Source: Azolla caroliniana (lineage: Eukaryota; Plantae; Polypodiophyta). Taken from it: 64,000 bases of DNA. The DNA lies in contig JBHGNT010000016.1 in NCBI GenBank assembly GCA_043228905.1, forward strand, positions 11,098,001 to 11,162,000. The letters run 5' to 3'. The position numbers and the translations under genes are program-made. The notes under the pieces are model-generated. The model was not told where the DNA came from. It worked only from the letters and a program-made list of their open reading frames with translations, and did not search any database. Position 1 is the stretch's first letter, and every line of letters starts with the position of its first letter. Below are positions 13,654 to 26,870 of this stretch, piece after piece.

Positions 13654-16600
13654 CCATGACACTATCCCCCCTTTAAAACGACGAGTGTAACGAGTCGTTT
13701 TGGATTGAGGACCCGGTTTGTCTGCATATTGACGATCGAAGTCTTCAAGAAGAGCACGAGCATTGGTGACATTCTCTATCGGTTCCCAAGTACGCTCGCT
13801 GCGACTATATCCTAGCCAATCTACTAGATAGTAGAGCTTGTTGCGAACAAACTTGGAATCAAGGATGGCGGCAACCTCGTACTCAGGTCCATCTTCAAGC
13901 TCGATCGGAGGTGGAGGCTATTGTGTAATACGACCTGGGATGGTGCTCTCTTGATAGGGTTCGAGGAGAGAACTATGAAACACCGGATGTATCCGAAGTT
14001 GTGGAGGTAGATCAAGACGAAAAGCGACATCATTAATCTTTCCTATAATACGGAAAGGACCTAATCGCCGATAATCCAACTTCTCGCATGGGCGAGTAGT
14101 CTTGATGTGTCGTCGGAGTAGCCATACCCGATCTCCAATGTTAAAACTAGATGGGAGTCGATGACGATCCGCATAAACCTTGTGTGTTTGTTGAGCTTGT
14201 TGGAGATGAGTAGACAAATCCGCTTGTATCTTGCGTAACCTCTCCAAGCGATCCTCTGCGCAAGGATTTGTGGACACCTCTGGGGTTTCAAGTACACACC
14301 ACCGGGGGTGACATCCCGTATAAGCATAAAATGGCGTAACTTTCGTGGATGCATGGATAGAGTTGTTATAGGCAAATTCGGCGAAGTGGAGAATATCTGC
14401 CCAGTCATCCTGATGATAGCTGAGAAAGCACCGTAGATACTGCTCCAGTGTTTGATTGGTTCGTTCGGCTTGGCCGTCGGTTTGTGGGTGGTAGCCAGAG
14501 GAGAGGTTACAAGTGACCTTGAGCATGTTAAAAAGGTGCTTCTACAATTTTGACACGAACTGGGGTCCACGGTTGCTGATGATACTATCGGGAAGTCCAT
14601 GATGCCGACATACTTCACGCATGACAATTTTGGCAGTGTCTTCACTGGAGATCTCCTTAGTACATGGCAAGAAATGAGCCATCTTAGTATATCGATCGAC
14701 CACTGTTAGAATCGCATTGAACCCCTTAGAGACTGGAAGATCTGTGATGAAGTCTAGAGCAATGGACTGCCACGGCTTGCTTGGAATTGGTAATGGTTCT
14801 AATAAACCATATGGATGATGCCTTGGCATTTTCGCTCTGCAGCATGTATCACAAGTCCGAACAAAATCCTCGACAAATTGTCGCATACAAGGCCACCAGA
14901 ATGATCGTTGTACTAAATGTAGTGTTTTAGTACTACCAAAATGCCCAACTGTATATGTGTCATGATAGTTTTGTACTACTTGAAGGCGGCAAGAACCATT
15001 AGGAGCATATAAAAGTTCTTTAAAGAAGAGTAATCGATCATGGTATTTGAATTGCCGATAGTCCGTACTTGGTGGTTGCGACTGTGAACACGACGCTCGA
15101 GAGGGATCAATTTGTGCTAGTATAGCTTGGGCGAACACATCTGTCTTCAAGTCTTCGCGTATGGTATCGATAACGCGGGAATCCATGGGCATGTCAAAGA
15201 TTTGTGTTGCTTGTAGTTGTGCCGGTCCCAAGATGACTTGTTTTTGGTTATCGAAAGCTGGCTCACTAGGACGGGGTGCTAGATACGAACGCCGTGATAA
15301 TGCATCTGCCTTCCCTTGGTGCTTCCCCGGACGATATGCAATTTTGAAGTCGAAACGCGTGAGGAAGTGGGCCCACCGAGCTTGACGTCGATTCAACACA
15401 CGAGCATCCTGAAAGTAGGCAAGGTTCTTGTGGTCACTAAATACGGTGACCGGATGAGAGGATCCCTCTAGAAAATGCCTCCATTGCATAAAAGAATCCA
15501 CTATTGCCAATAGCTCCTTATCATGAATTTCGTAGTTGATTTCGGCGGCGTCAAACTTGTGTGAGTGAAAAGCCATAGGATGTAGCTTCTCATCATTCCC
15601 CTGTTGTGACAGAATGCTCCCCAATGCAAAATCCGATGCGTCAGCTTCGATAATAAATGGTTTTTCCGGATCGACATGAGCTAGAATTGGAGCCGATGTA
15701 AATGCCTTTTTAAGACTCTCGAAAGCCACATCCGTTTCTTCAGACCAGATGAACGGTTGTCCCTTCTTGGTAAGTTGTGTGAGAGGTAGAAGGATCTTTG
15801 AGTAATCTTGTATGAACTTCCGGTAAAAATTGGCAAAGCCTAGGAAGCATTGCACATCCCGCACCGAACGCGGAGTCTGTCATTCTACCACCGTTTGGAC
15901 CTTAGCTGGGTCCATGGAGATGCCTTCTGACGAAATGATGTAGCCGAGAAATTCCACTTGGTTGCACCCGAAACTACATTTTTCCAGCTTTGCATACAGA
16001 CCATGTTCTCGAAGTCGTTTTAGTACTAATAGTACATGAGAATCATGTTCTTCTTGGGTCTTTGAATAAACCAGTAGATCATCCAAATAGATGATCAAAC
16101 AATCATCCAAAAGATCTCGGAATATATCATTAGCCATGTGCTAGAAGACTGCCGGTGCATTAGTGAGGCCGAACGGCATGACCGTATACTCGAAATGCCC
16201 ATATCTGGTGCGAAACGCGGTCTTCCATTCTTCTCCTGGTCGGATCCGTACGAGGTTATATGCTCCCTGTAAGTCGATCTTCGTGAAGAACCTGGCACCA
16301 TTGATCCGTTCTAAAAGACTTGAGATAAGGGGAAGAGCATACCTATTCCTGATTGTAACCTTATTCAGGCCACAGTAATCTACAACGAGACGAAGAGATC
16401 CATCCTTTTTGTTGACGAAGAAAATAGGCGCGCCCGCTGGAGATTTCGAATGCCGGATGAAACCATTTTCCAAATTCTCCTCTATATAGGCCCGAAGGAC
16501 TTCCAGCTCGGTTGGTGACAAATTGTAGATCGGTCCCCATGGCGGCTCTTTTCCCGGTTGTAAATCGATGGGGCAATCGTACGGTCGATGATGAGGAAGT

Positions 16601-17253
16601 GTGTTGGCTTGTACATTATCGAACACATCGGCGTAATGACGATACTTCTCGGGAAGTTGAATGGTGGATTCTTCTTTAGTGGTGCTGGAGGGGTTTACTG
16701 ATATTGCAAAGAGGAACATTTCCTCCTTGTGCCCTTCTTTACGCAACTGACGTATCGAAATGGTTGCCATCTTCTGAGTTGACCCTTGGGTTTGTCGACA
16801 CCGGATTTCTCTTGTTCTCCAATCTATGTCTGGGTTATGTAACTCGAACCACGGTAATCCTAAAACTATGGGATGTTCTAGGATACTAATAATATTAAAT
16901 GATACTACACATGCTAAGTTATCTAGGACAATATTAATGGGCTCTGACTCTTCTATGATATTTCCGGAGGCAATGGGACGTCCATCAATGACTACTACAG
17001 AGGCTGGACACTGGAGTTTCCTTAGGGATATCTTATGAGCTTGAGCAAATTTCTTATCCATAAAGCAAGAGTTAGCTCCGGAATCTAGGAGTGCTATGAC
17101 ATGTACTGGAGGGGTACTTTTAGTACTAACTATTACTTGGGCTACGAAAACATCACTAACTTGCTTAGAGGGAATGTAACCACTAATGGGCTGCACAGAT
17201 CTAGGGCTGTCCAACCAAACGACTCCTATTTTGGCTGGACTTAGTCGTTTAAC
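13654..17253 (-). pseudogene. Tcn-A pol (PR-RT-RNaseH-INT-chromodomain)
   Basis: ORFs 16141-17214 ([18 protein letters not shown]), 15880 (YLDD), 14542 and 13918; in-frame stops. Confidence 0.95.
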
Positions 17254-17726
17254 TCTTCTTCTAACTGACTAAGGACATCAAATTTGTTCGCTAGATCTGG
17301 GCTATTAGTACTATTAGGACTATCAGATATCCCTACTGAAATAGGCTCGGGTTTAGTACAATTAGAACTAACGACTATTTGGTTTACCTATCTTCTTGGC
17401 CTATGGGGGCAATTTATTGCAATATGTCCTGGTCCACCGCAGTAAAGACATAGCCGATTTGTACGGCGTCACTGCTTTTCTTCTTCGGATAATGGCCCTC
17501 GACGACGTGTAGTGTCAATCTCCATCAGAGTCGGAGTATTCCCTGGAGGCGCATTATATGACTCCCTCGGAAAAGGTCTTGCTACCACTGAGGCGTAGGT
17601 GGGCTCTGATCTTGCCCTCGGCATCTGTAGTTGTCGTTCCGAACGTCGCTCAAAGAGGCGGTTGTCACATCTCACCGCGCGACTGATTGCTTCTGTTAAG
17701 GACTTTGGCTCTTCGGGGAAGGTCAA

Positions 17727-20700
17727 TGTTGAGAGACAAGCTCAACATCGGCTGGATCGGCTGAAGAAGCCGAGGACCGGATCGGTACGTAAACCAGGAG
17801 GCCGTTGGGAAAGATATTCCGTGAGGAATATATTTGGGAGTTAGTGTAGGAGCTCTTAATGAGCATTGAATTACTGTCAGTACTTCGGTCAGTCCTTCTA
17901 GGACTTGTATAAAAGTGTTCATTGAACACACATATGTATAGAGAGTGGTGAATAGAGATTGAGTATTTTTTGTTGAATATTGTTCTTGTGTTTTCTCTCT
18001 CTCACTCTCTCTGTCTCTCCCGCGTATACTGTGTAAGCTCAAGCTCTCCATTAAACCTGGGTTTTCTTCCTTCTGTTCGGTCTTCATACTTGCTTCCACA
18101 CGCTACTTTTTACATGGTAACAGAGCGCGAGGGTTGAGAACCTCTCTGCAGCCGACATAGCTTGACGAATAAGAACAAGAAGAACGATGGATAGAGGAAT
18201 GGCGAACTCACTTCGAACAGAGAAGCTCGACAGAACCAACTACGCGTCTTGGTCCTACAAGATGCACCAGTACCTGCTCGGGCACGACTACTAGAGTTAT
18301 GTCGAAGGAGCTAATGACGCGGCACCTGAATTGACACATAGAGACTTCCCGTCGTGGGAGCAATCGGCGAGTAGGGTATTATTCTGCTTCACGTCGTGTG
18401 TGGGCGAACAACTATTGAGCTATGTTCAGGATGCAAAGATGCCGAAGGGCGCGTGGGAAAATCTGAAGAAGATTTTCGCCGCGAGCACCACAGCTAGGAA
18501 GCTTCAGCTCCGACAGGAGTTGAGCAACCTACCACAACGCGACTTGTCGGTAGTGGACTATACCTCGAAGATCAAGGATATTTGCGACTCCCTCGCCTCC
18601 ATAGAGGTGAACATCGAGGAGAGCGAGATGGTCCAGATCTGTCTCGGAGGCTTGGCGTCGAAGTTTGGAGCATTCCGAACGGCTGTGTGTACCCGGGAGA
18701 ATACGCCGTTCTTTTTAGACTTATAGTCAATGCTCCTGGTAGAGGAGAACCACGCGGGTGCGTCTACAAGCACGCACACCGACATCAGAATGCTGTACAC
18801 GGAGGGAGATAGGCCCCGTGGACGTGGAGGTCGAGGCGAGTCGGCGCGCAATGGAGGCGGCCGACGAGATCAAGGAAGAAGGCACCAAAGTGATGCCGAC
18901 ATCAACTCCGACCCCTCCGGAAACAAGGGGAGTCGAAGCGATGAGAACCGGCAAGGGAAGGCCATCGTGGAGTGCTGGTACTGTGGCAAGAAAGGCCACA
19001 GGGAAAGTGAGTGCTGGAAGAAGTGCGCCGATTCGGAGAGAACCGGTTCCGAAAACGGCTCCGGACATACCAACAAGGGAAATCGGCAGCGATCGCACTA
19101 CGTTGAAGACTTCGGGAGAGCCGGAGAAGGGTCTGCCTTCGTGACGAGACACGAAGCAAACTCAATGAAACAGACCACCCCGAGATCGGACGAGGTGTGG
19201 TACGTAGACTCCGGCGCGTCAAACCACATGACGAGCCATAAGGAGTAATTCTCGTACCTTGAAAAATCGATACAACCTGGAGTAGTCACAACTGGAGACG
19301 ACACTCCGCATCCGATCGCGAATGTCGGAGAAGTTCCCCATAGCCATGTCGGGCAGAAAGGGAAACTCATGAACGTGCTGCACGTTCCGACAATCACGAA
19401 GAACTTGGTCTCGGTCGGACATATCGTCGACCAAGGGATGGAGGTTCGGTTTACACACCTCGGGTGCTTCATTGAGGAAGAAGGCCGTGTGATTGCGCAA
19501 GGGTGCAGAGACGGGAGGATGTTCATCCTCGACTCCACTGACGACGACACCGCAATGTTCACGAAGGGACGAAAATCCGAGTCGGACATTGACTTGTGGC
19601 ACAAGCGGATAGGCCACGTCAACTACCAGCGGCTTCAAGATCTACAATCGAAACAGGTAGTGTTTGGATTGCCCAAATTTAGTGGCCGAAAGGCACAAAT
19701 TTGTGAAGCCTGCCAGCTCGGGAAGCAACACTGACTTCCTTTCCCCAACGATCGAAACTGGAGCCGGAACAAGCTCGACCTTATACACTCCGATGTGTGG
19801 GGGCCGGCACAAAACGTTAGTCTTGGCGGGAGCCGATATTTCGTCTCCTTCATCGACGACCACACGCGGCACACGTGGATATACCTCATTGAAAGGAAGA
19901 GCGAAGTCTTCGACTATTTCCGGGACCTCAAAGGGTTCGTGGAAACGGAAACGGGACGAAAGATCAAGTGCCTGCGGTCGGATGGCGGGAAAGAGTACTT
20001 TTCCGGTCAATTCAACGGTTATCTACAATAAATGGGAATTCGGTGTGAATTCAGTTGTAGATACACGCCGGAGCAGAACGATGTGGCCGAGAGGAAGAAT
20101 CGGTCAGTTGTGGAAGCGGCACGGGCAATGCTGGAGGAGAAGAGCTTGCCCAAGTTCTACTGGGCCAAGGCGGTAAGGACCGCAGTATACATCCAGAACC
20201 GGATCGGAGACAAAGTGTCGGCACACGAGCTGTATTTCGGAACGAAGCTGAACTTGCGACACTTGAGGGTGTTCGGTAGCATTGCGTATGTGCATGTACC
20301 GAAGGAGAAAAGGAGGAATCTGGACGCAAAGGCCGAGAAATGCATCTTGGTCAGTTACTCGGACGAGCAGAAGGGTTATAAGTGCTATAACCCTCGCACC
20401 AAACAAGCGCGTGTTAGCCGCGACGTTGTGTTTGACGAGTCCGCGTCTTGGTACCAGCCCCCGACTCCGAACCCCGAGTCCAATCCGAGTTCTGACGATG
20501 AGGTTAGCGAGGCCGAGATGCCTCCGGATGAGCCCGGAATCGAGACCCGCGAAGAGAGTCCGACTTCACTTCGTTTAAGTGGACCGATTGGACGACTGAG
20601 TCGGTACGATCAGTCCTATGAAGAGCCGACGAGTAGTGGAGACTCGGCCGTGCATTCCCCCGCGCAGGAAGCCGAGGAGACGGCTTACGCGCAAAGAGAA

Positions 20701-23441
20701 AGGGAAGAAGAAAGTGTCGGATTCCGGCACCGATAGGAACGAGTCAGACTGACGCGAGTCCGACTCCGAGGGAACCGGTGACGGGTCTTTAAAGGTGAAG
20801 ACCGCGTCGACCGAGAAGGCCTCGACATCGGCTAATGTGAGATTATGCCGATCTACCCGCCAGAAGAATCCTGTTTTGCGGTTCGGATACAACGAGTACA
20901 TGGCGCATCACTATGCGTACATGACCCGTGTAGCGGAAGTGTGTGAGCCGGAGAGCTACGCAGAAGCGGCTAAAGACGCGAATTGGCATGCCGCGATGGA
21001 GGAAGAGATGCACGCATTGGCGGAGAATGAGACCTGGGACCTGGTTGACGCACCAACAGGGGTAAAACCAATCGGGTGTAGGTGGGTGTACAAGGTCAAG
21101 TACAACACCAATGGCTCGGTCAACCGGTACAAGGCTCGACTAGTGGCAAAGGGCTATGCGCAGAAACACGGCATCGACTACGATGAGACGTTTGCGCCGG
21201 TCGCGAAAATGACGACCGTCCGTGTTTTGCTCGCAGTAGCTACGGTGAAGGGGTGGCACTTACATCAAATGGATGTAAAGAATGCGTTCCTGCAAGGTGA
21301 CCTTGAGGAACAGGTGTACATGGTACAGCCCCCCAGATTTCACTCTAGAACGAACTCCTCGGCAGTATGCTGACTGAAGAAGTCCCTTTATGGACTGAAG
21401 CAAGCCCCGCGTGCACGGAACGCGAAGATCACGCAACAACTGCGTCGGATGGGCTTCGTCACGTCAAAATCGGACTCATCCCTATTCATCCGGAAAGGTC
21501 GACTCGGATTGGTTAGTATTTTACTATATGTTGATGACTTGGTCATCACCGGCGCCGACCTAGGTGAAATCAACCGCGTGAAGCTCCAGCTTGTGGTATC
21601 GTTCGACATGAAGGATCTGGGGGACCTTCATTACTTCCTCGGGATCGAAGTGATTCGTACCCCCGAAGGCATATTGATCAGCCAATGTCATTACATGCTG
21701 AGTATGCTCTTCAAATTCGGGATGGCCGACTGTAAGTTCGTCTCGACCGACTCCTTTGGACAGAACCGTCAAGCTTCGTCCCTATACGGGAAAGGTATGC
21801 GACCCGACGAGGTTCCGATAAATTGTCGGAAGCCTCATATACTTGACCATCACCCGACCCGACCTCAGTTATCCGGTCGGAGTGATCAGTTAGTTCATGG
21901 CGCGACCTACTGGTGACCACCTCCAGTGTGCGCAACGCATACTTCGGTATATCAACGGCACTAAGGACCGGAGACTGCTATATCGGACCGGTGTAGCCGT
22001 GCAGTTAGTTGGCTACACCGATGCTGATTGGACTGGCAACGCCGCCGATCGTCGATCCACGTCCGGATACGCGTTCTCCCTCGGGAGTGCCACGATCGCG
22101 TGGAGCAGTAAGAAGCAGTCGATAGTTGCACTGTCGAGCACCAAAGCTGAGTACCGAGGAGCGGCTATCACGACATGCGAAGCCATATGGTTGAAGCGGC
22201 TACTTAAGGACCTGCAAGAGGAGGTGTCAGATCCGACGACGATCTACTGCGACAACCTCAGCAGCGTCTAGCTCGCGAAAAACCCCGTTTTCCACTCACG
22301 GACCAAGCACATTGAGGTGCACTACCATTTCGTCCGTGAGCGTGTCCTTTCCGGTGAAGTCGAACTTCAGTACGTTCAGACGGATCGGCAGACTGCCGAC
22401 ATCTTCACCAAGTCTCTTGGTCTAGACAAGTTGCGGCAATTCTCAGGTGCGCTCGGATTGTGTCACCTTGACGTGCCAAACTTGAGGGGGAGAACAGTCC
22501 CGAACGACCAAGCAAGGCAGCAGGAAAGGAGCGGAGACCGTGACACCGAGTCGGTTGTCAAGTTCGACTTCGGATCGGCTGAAGAAGCCGAGGGCGGACC
22601 CGCGGAAAAGTCTGGAAGCGGACAGAGGGGAGCAGCCGAAGGAGAGATCCGAAGCCAACCACGCATGGGGAAGATGACGCCATCGAGGGTGAGAAGACCA
22701 AAGACGAGTTGGAGACAGCTAACTGGGACGAGAGCGAAAACCGATTGGAGGTAGCCGAGTCTGTTCGGATGTTTGATTCAGATACGCTGAATCAACTGAG
22801 GCCCAATCGGAAGAAAAGGCAGCAGGAGAAGCGTCAACACCGCAACAGCAGAAGAGCTGATAAGGGCCACATGAGCAGACAAGCGGACCGGAAGGGTCGA
22901 AGCGCGCGGAATCAAACAGGTCAAGGAGCGCGAGCGAGGCCTGAAGCTAGGAGGAACTGGAGCTGTGAGCCCGAAGATCTCAAAGAGCCTCAAGTTGAGC
23001 TTGAGGGAGAGTGTTGAGAGACAAGCTCAACATCGGCCAGATCGGCTGAAGAAGCCGAGGACCAGATCGGTTAGGCCGAATGCGTAAATCGGTACGCAGA
23101 CCGGTGCGTAGGTAGGGCCGGATCGGTGCATAAACCGGGAGGCCGTTGGGAAAGATGTTCTGTGAGGAATATATTTGGGAGTTAGTGTAGGAGCTCTTAA
23201 TGAGCATTGAAGTACTGTCAGTACTTCGGTCAGTCCTTCTAGGACTTGTATAAAAGTGTTCATTGAACACACATATGTATAGAGAGTGGTGAATAGAGAT
23301 TGAGTATTGTTCTTGTGTTTTCTCTCTCTCACTCTCTTTGTCTCTCCCGCGTATACTGTGTAAGCTCAAGCTCTCCATTAAACCTGAGTTTTCTTCCTTC
23401 TGTTCGGTCTTCATACTTGCTTCCGCACGCTACTTTTTACA
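17727..23441 (+). mobile_element. Ty1/copia LTR retrotransposon Copia-B, full length but degenerate, nested in Tcn-A gag
   Basis: LTRs 17727-18114 and 23012-23441; TSD GTCAA; PBS TGGTAACAGAGC at 18115-18126 (iMet, one mismatch); PPT at ~23003-23011. Confidence 0.96.
18187..23017 (+). pseudogene. Copia-B gag-pol polyprotein
   Basis: KLDRTNYASWSYKM; CWYCGKKGHRESEC knuckle; WYVDSGASNHM protease; INT; RT YVDD; RNase H; multiple stops and frameshifts. Confidence 0.95.
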
Positions 23442-24171
23442 GTCAAGAGTAAATCCTTGACGTCGTTGCGTAAACCATAACGGAATTGCTCCATCAACGC
23501 TTGATCATCCCAAGGAATATCGGCCGCGAGTAGGCGAAAATCTGCAGCGTATGCGGAGGCTGGACGGTCACCTTGGCGTAATCGCCGATTTTGGTTGATT
23601 GCGGTCCTGATGTTGTTAGTATCTTCGAAACATGCTTTAAACTCACCTAGAAACTCTTCAAAATTGTTGAGTAACGGAGATTCCTTTTCTAATAGTGAAG
23701 TGAACCATGCCAACGCTGAGCCACTTAACAAAGTGCCTACTAAACCCACCCGTGATGCATCTGTGGGATACCAGGAAGGATGCATTTGAATAACTAATCG
23801 TACCTGGTTAAGGAACCCTCTAAACTGCGATCGCGTTCCATCGAACTTCGTGGGAAGACCAATCTTGGGTTCTGTATGAATCCCTTATGTTCCGGGCCCT
23901 TGTTGTTGCATCGCTACGATGGTTGCTTTGAGTTGTTGCACGCGTAACACAAGTTCCCCATGCTGTTGTTGCGTTTGCTGCTTTTCTAAGGAGATTTGCT
24001 GAAGATCCCCCAGCAACCGTTGGTTTTCTTGTTCCAAAGCATGGAACTTCTCTTTCAAGCATTGAAATTCCGAGAAAACAGATTGATATTCTTCAGCGCT
24101 AACAGTGGCCATGGGATGAAAGAAAAAAGGAATAAGAGATTAGTAGGAAATGAGAGAGACAGAAGGTAGAG

Positions 24172-24183
24172 AAATCGGTTCAA
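24172..24183 (-). promoter_or_regulatory. Self-priming PBS (TTGAACCGATTT); also 31672-31683 (-) and 44569-44580 (+)
   Basis: Not a TGG-type tRNA PBS. Exactly complementary to a 12-mer that starts 33 nt after the LTR TATA box. Confidence 0.8.
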
Positions 24184-24614
24184 ACTGTCAGTACTAAGAC
24201 AGAGAAGGACTTAGTACTAAAAGAAGTATTAGTACTAAGAGAGGTGAAGAACTCTCGAGAGAAGGAAAGAGTGAGTGAGAGGGAGGGAGAGAGAGATCGA
24301 GAGAGAGAGAGAGTGATGATAAGAAAAGATATATATTATGTGAAGAAAATGTACAGTAGCTAGGAGGCTTAAGACTGGCGTTGAACCGATTTGGTTCGAA
24401 ATAATGCCTTGTGCCTCCTTTTATAGCGTTCTAAGGAATACTCTTGAAGTTTCTAGAATGTTCCAAAGAAATCTGGAATATACATCAAATTTCTATAATA
24501 AAACATAAATGAAAATAATATTCTACGTATTACAATGTATAATCTAATGGTCAAGAGCTCGACCCATGTAGCATAAGGTCATGGGTTCGAGTCTTTCCAT
24601 ATCATGACAACCAC

Positions 24615-26458
24615 ATTTGAGGCCTTGAAAACAAAATTCCTCTGACTATTCCATAAACAAGTGGAACAGCCCGAACTAGTCGGACAATTTTACACAATCC
24701 GCCAAGAGGACCAGGAGATAGTGCCCCAATTTATCATCTGATTTCAAACACTACACAACCAGTTAACAAGGGCATCTCCACAGGAGGAGGCGAAAGTGGT
24801 GTTTCTGGCCGTTTTATGGGAACCCCTCCGAAAGATGTGCGGAGTACTAGATTTCCAAGCCAGCAACATGGATCAAGTCATTGATCGGGTGCTAGAAATG
24901 GATAAACATAGCTCCTTGATGACGATGGGAGTCCTGCAGACGGCCCTTCCAAATCAGGAGGATCTTAGGTTTCGCCAAGCGTTGCAATGCACAACGTGTC
25001 TAAACCTGGGCCATTCGACGGTAGACTGCACAATGAGGACGCAATGCATGATCTGCCACTCATGGGCACACACAACTGACCGGTGCGAGTACAGCCTGCT
25101 CAACCGACAAGCGGCATCGGTGAGGATCATTGAACCACATAGCCGTCACGAACCGGATGACGAATGGTTTAGGAGGGAGGACCGATACCGACCAGAACAT
25201 GGGGATCGGTACAATGAGAGAAGACGCGACGACTATGGGCGCGATCGCAATGACCGACGCAGGGAAGGCCACAATCGAGATCAATATGAACCGGACTACT
25301 CACCGAATTACTACCGAAGAAGGGATGCTTATGAACGGGACCGATATGATAGGAACCAAGATTATAACGGTGACTCGTATGGTCGTGACTACTCTCCTAG
25401 CTACAACTAGAGAGGGAAGGAACAACGAACAAACTACGAAGACCGGCACCGGTAGGGTTACAAGAACAGACGGTTTCTTAAGAAATGGAACTTTCGGAAA
25501 GAGGATCGTCGGGAGCCGGCAAAGGAGTACCAATGAGAGCTAGATAGAGGCATAAGTGGTGCCCAACTAGAACAAAGAAGAACAGAAGAACCTAATCGAG
25601 CAGTAACCGGATTTCAACAGGGTATCGAAACAAAAGTAGAATCTAGCAATACTCAGAAGGCGTATTGCTACTATCGCCGACAGGAGGGCCATTACATCAA
25701 CCAATGCCCGATTAAAAAGAACGAAAAATGGCCGACAATCAATATGGTGGTAGCAAAAGTCATGGATATACAGCAAGTCACCACCAGATCATAAGGAAAG
25801 ACGACAGAGTTGGAAGCACGGGACGCCATCTGGAAACAGTCCACTGAATGGATTGAGAAGGCGAATAAGCGGAACGCGGCTGAAGTCAAACAACAAAAGG
25901 AGACACCGGCAGAGGTCACCGGCACAATACAACCGGAGAACCCAACGTGGCAAGTGCTGCAGGAATGTCAAATTACGTTGCCATTAGGCCGGCTATTGCA
26001 ATTAGTACCCCGGTTTATCGAGGGGCTGAAATCGGCAATAACCCTAGCCGGGCAAAGCGGTTTCCCCAGTCCCCGAAGGAATGACAGCTTAGCCCTCCTC
26101 GGTGGTGTCTACCGGCAGAGGTCACCGACACAATACAACCGGAGAACCCAACGTGGCAAGTGCTGCAGGAATGTCAAATTACGTTGCCATTAGGCCGGCT
26201 ATTGCAATTAGTACCCCGGTTTACGGAGGGGCTGAAATCGGCAATAACCCTAGCAAACTCGTTGCTGGCTCTAGCTTTCTTTTCAAACCTAGAGGAAGAG
26301 CCGGCAGTGGTGGACACAAGCAGTCCGACAATCACTACCATTGTCAAATGACGCAAGCTACTAGGGATGATCGTCGATGAAGGATCGGGCGTTAATGTGA
26401 TTAGCCTCCAAACTTGTGACACCCTGGGAATTTAGGAATGGGAGCCTTGCCCATTTTG
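24615..26458 (+). pseudogene. G1 gag C-terminal part and start of protease
   Basis: CTTC...GH...C and CMICH...H...C knuckles, an R/D/Y-rich tract, and IVDEGSGVNV protease-like motif. CPF|WLW is continuous across the Tcn-B insertion. Confidence 0.85.
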
Positions 26459-26808
26459 TGTCAGGAATAGTACTAAACAGAGAGAGAATTAGTACTAGAG
26501 AAGGGAAGTACTATTAGTACTAAGAGGACGGGACTACGTAAGACTCCCGAGAGAGAGAAAGAGAGAAGAGGAGAGAGAGAGATGATGATACCAGATGATA
26601 TATTATGTGAAGAGTAAGCACAAAAGGGCTATGAGGCTTAAGACTGGCGTTGAACCAATTTGGTTCAAAAAAATGCCTAGTGCCTTCTTTTATAGGGTTC
26701 TTAGGAGTAATCCTGAAGCTTCTAGAATGTTCCAGAGAAATCTAGAATATACATTAATTTCCTATAATAAAACTTAAATGAAAATAAGATTCTACGTATT
26801 ATAATAGA

Positions 26809-26863
26809 TGGTATAATGGTCAAGAGATCGACCCATATAACATAAGGTCATGGGTTCAAGTCT
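26809..26863 (+). promoter_or_regulatory. tRNA-like A/B-box module in the Tcn-B LTR (second copy 32036-32090)
   Basis: TGGTATAATGG...GGTTC(A/G)AGTCT; offset 44. Confidence 0.6.
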
Positions 26864-26870
26864 TGCCATA

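Larger units (their letters stand above)
17241..24112 (-). pseudogene. Tcn-A gag, split by Copia-B (23447-24112 and 17241-17726)
   Basis: LRQGDRPASAYAADF, then DVKDLLLT|FPEEPKSL continuous across the insertion; zinc knuckle CLYCGGPGHIAINC. Confidence 0.93.
13230..24609 (-). mobile_element. Chromovirus (Tcn1-like Ty3/gypsy) Tcn-A
   Basis: LTRs 13230-13661 and 24186-24609; TSD GCCAC/ACCAC (one mismatch); PPT AAAGGGGGGATAG; gag-PR-RT-RH-INT-chromodomain (YEVAAILDSK...YLVDWLGY...TWEP). Confidence 0.96.
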
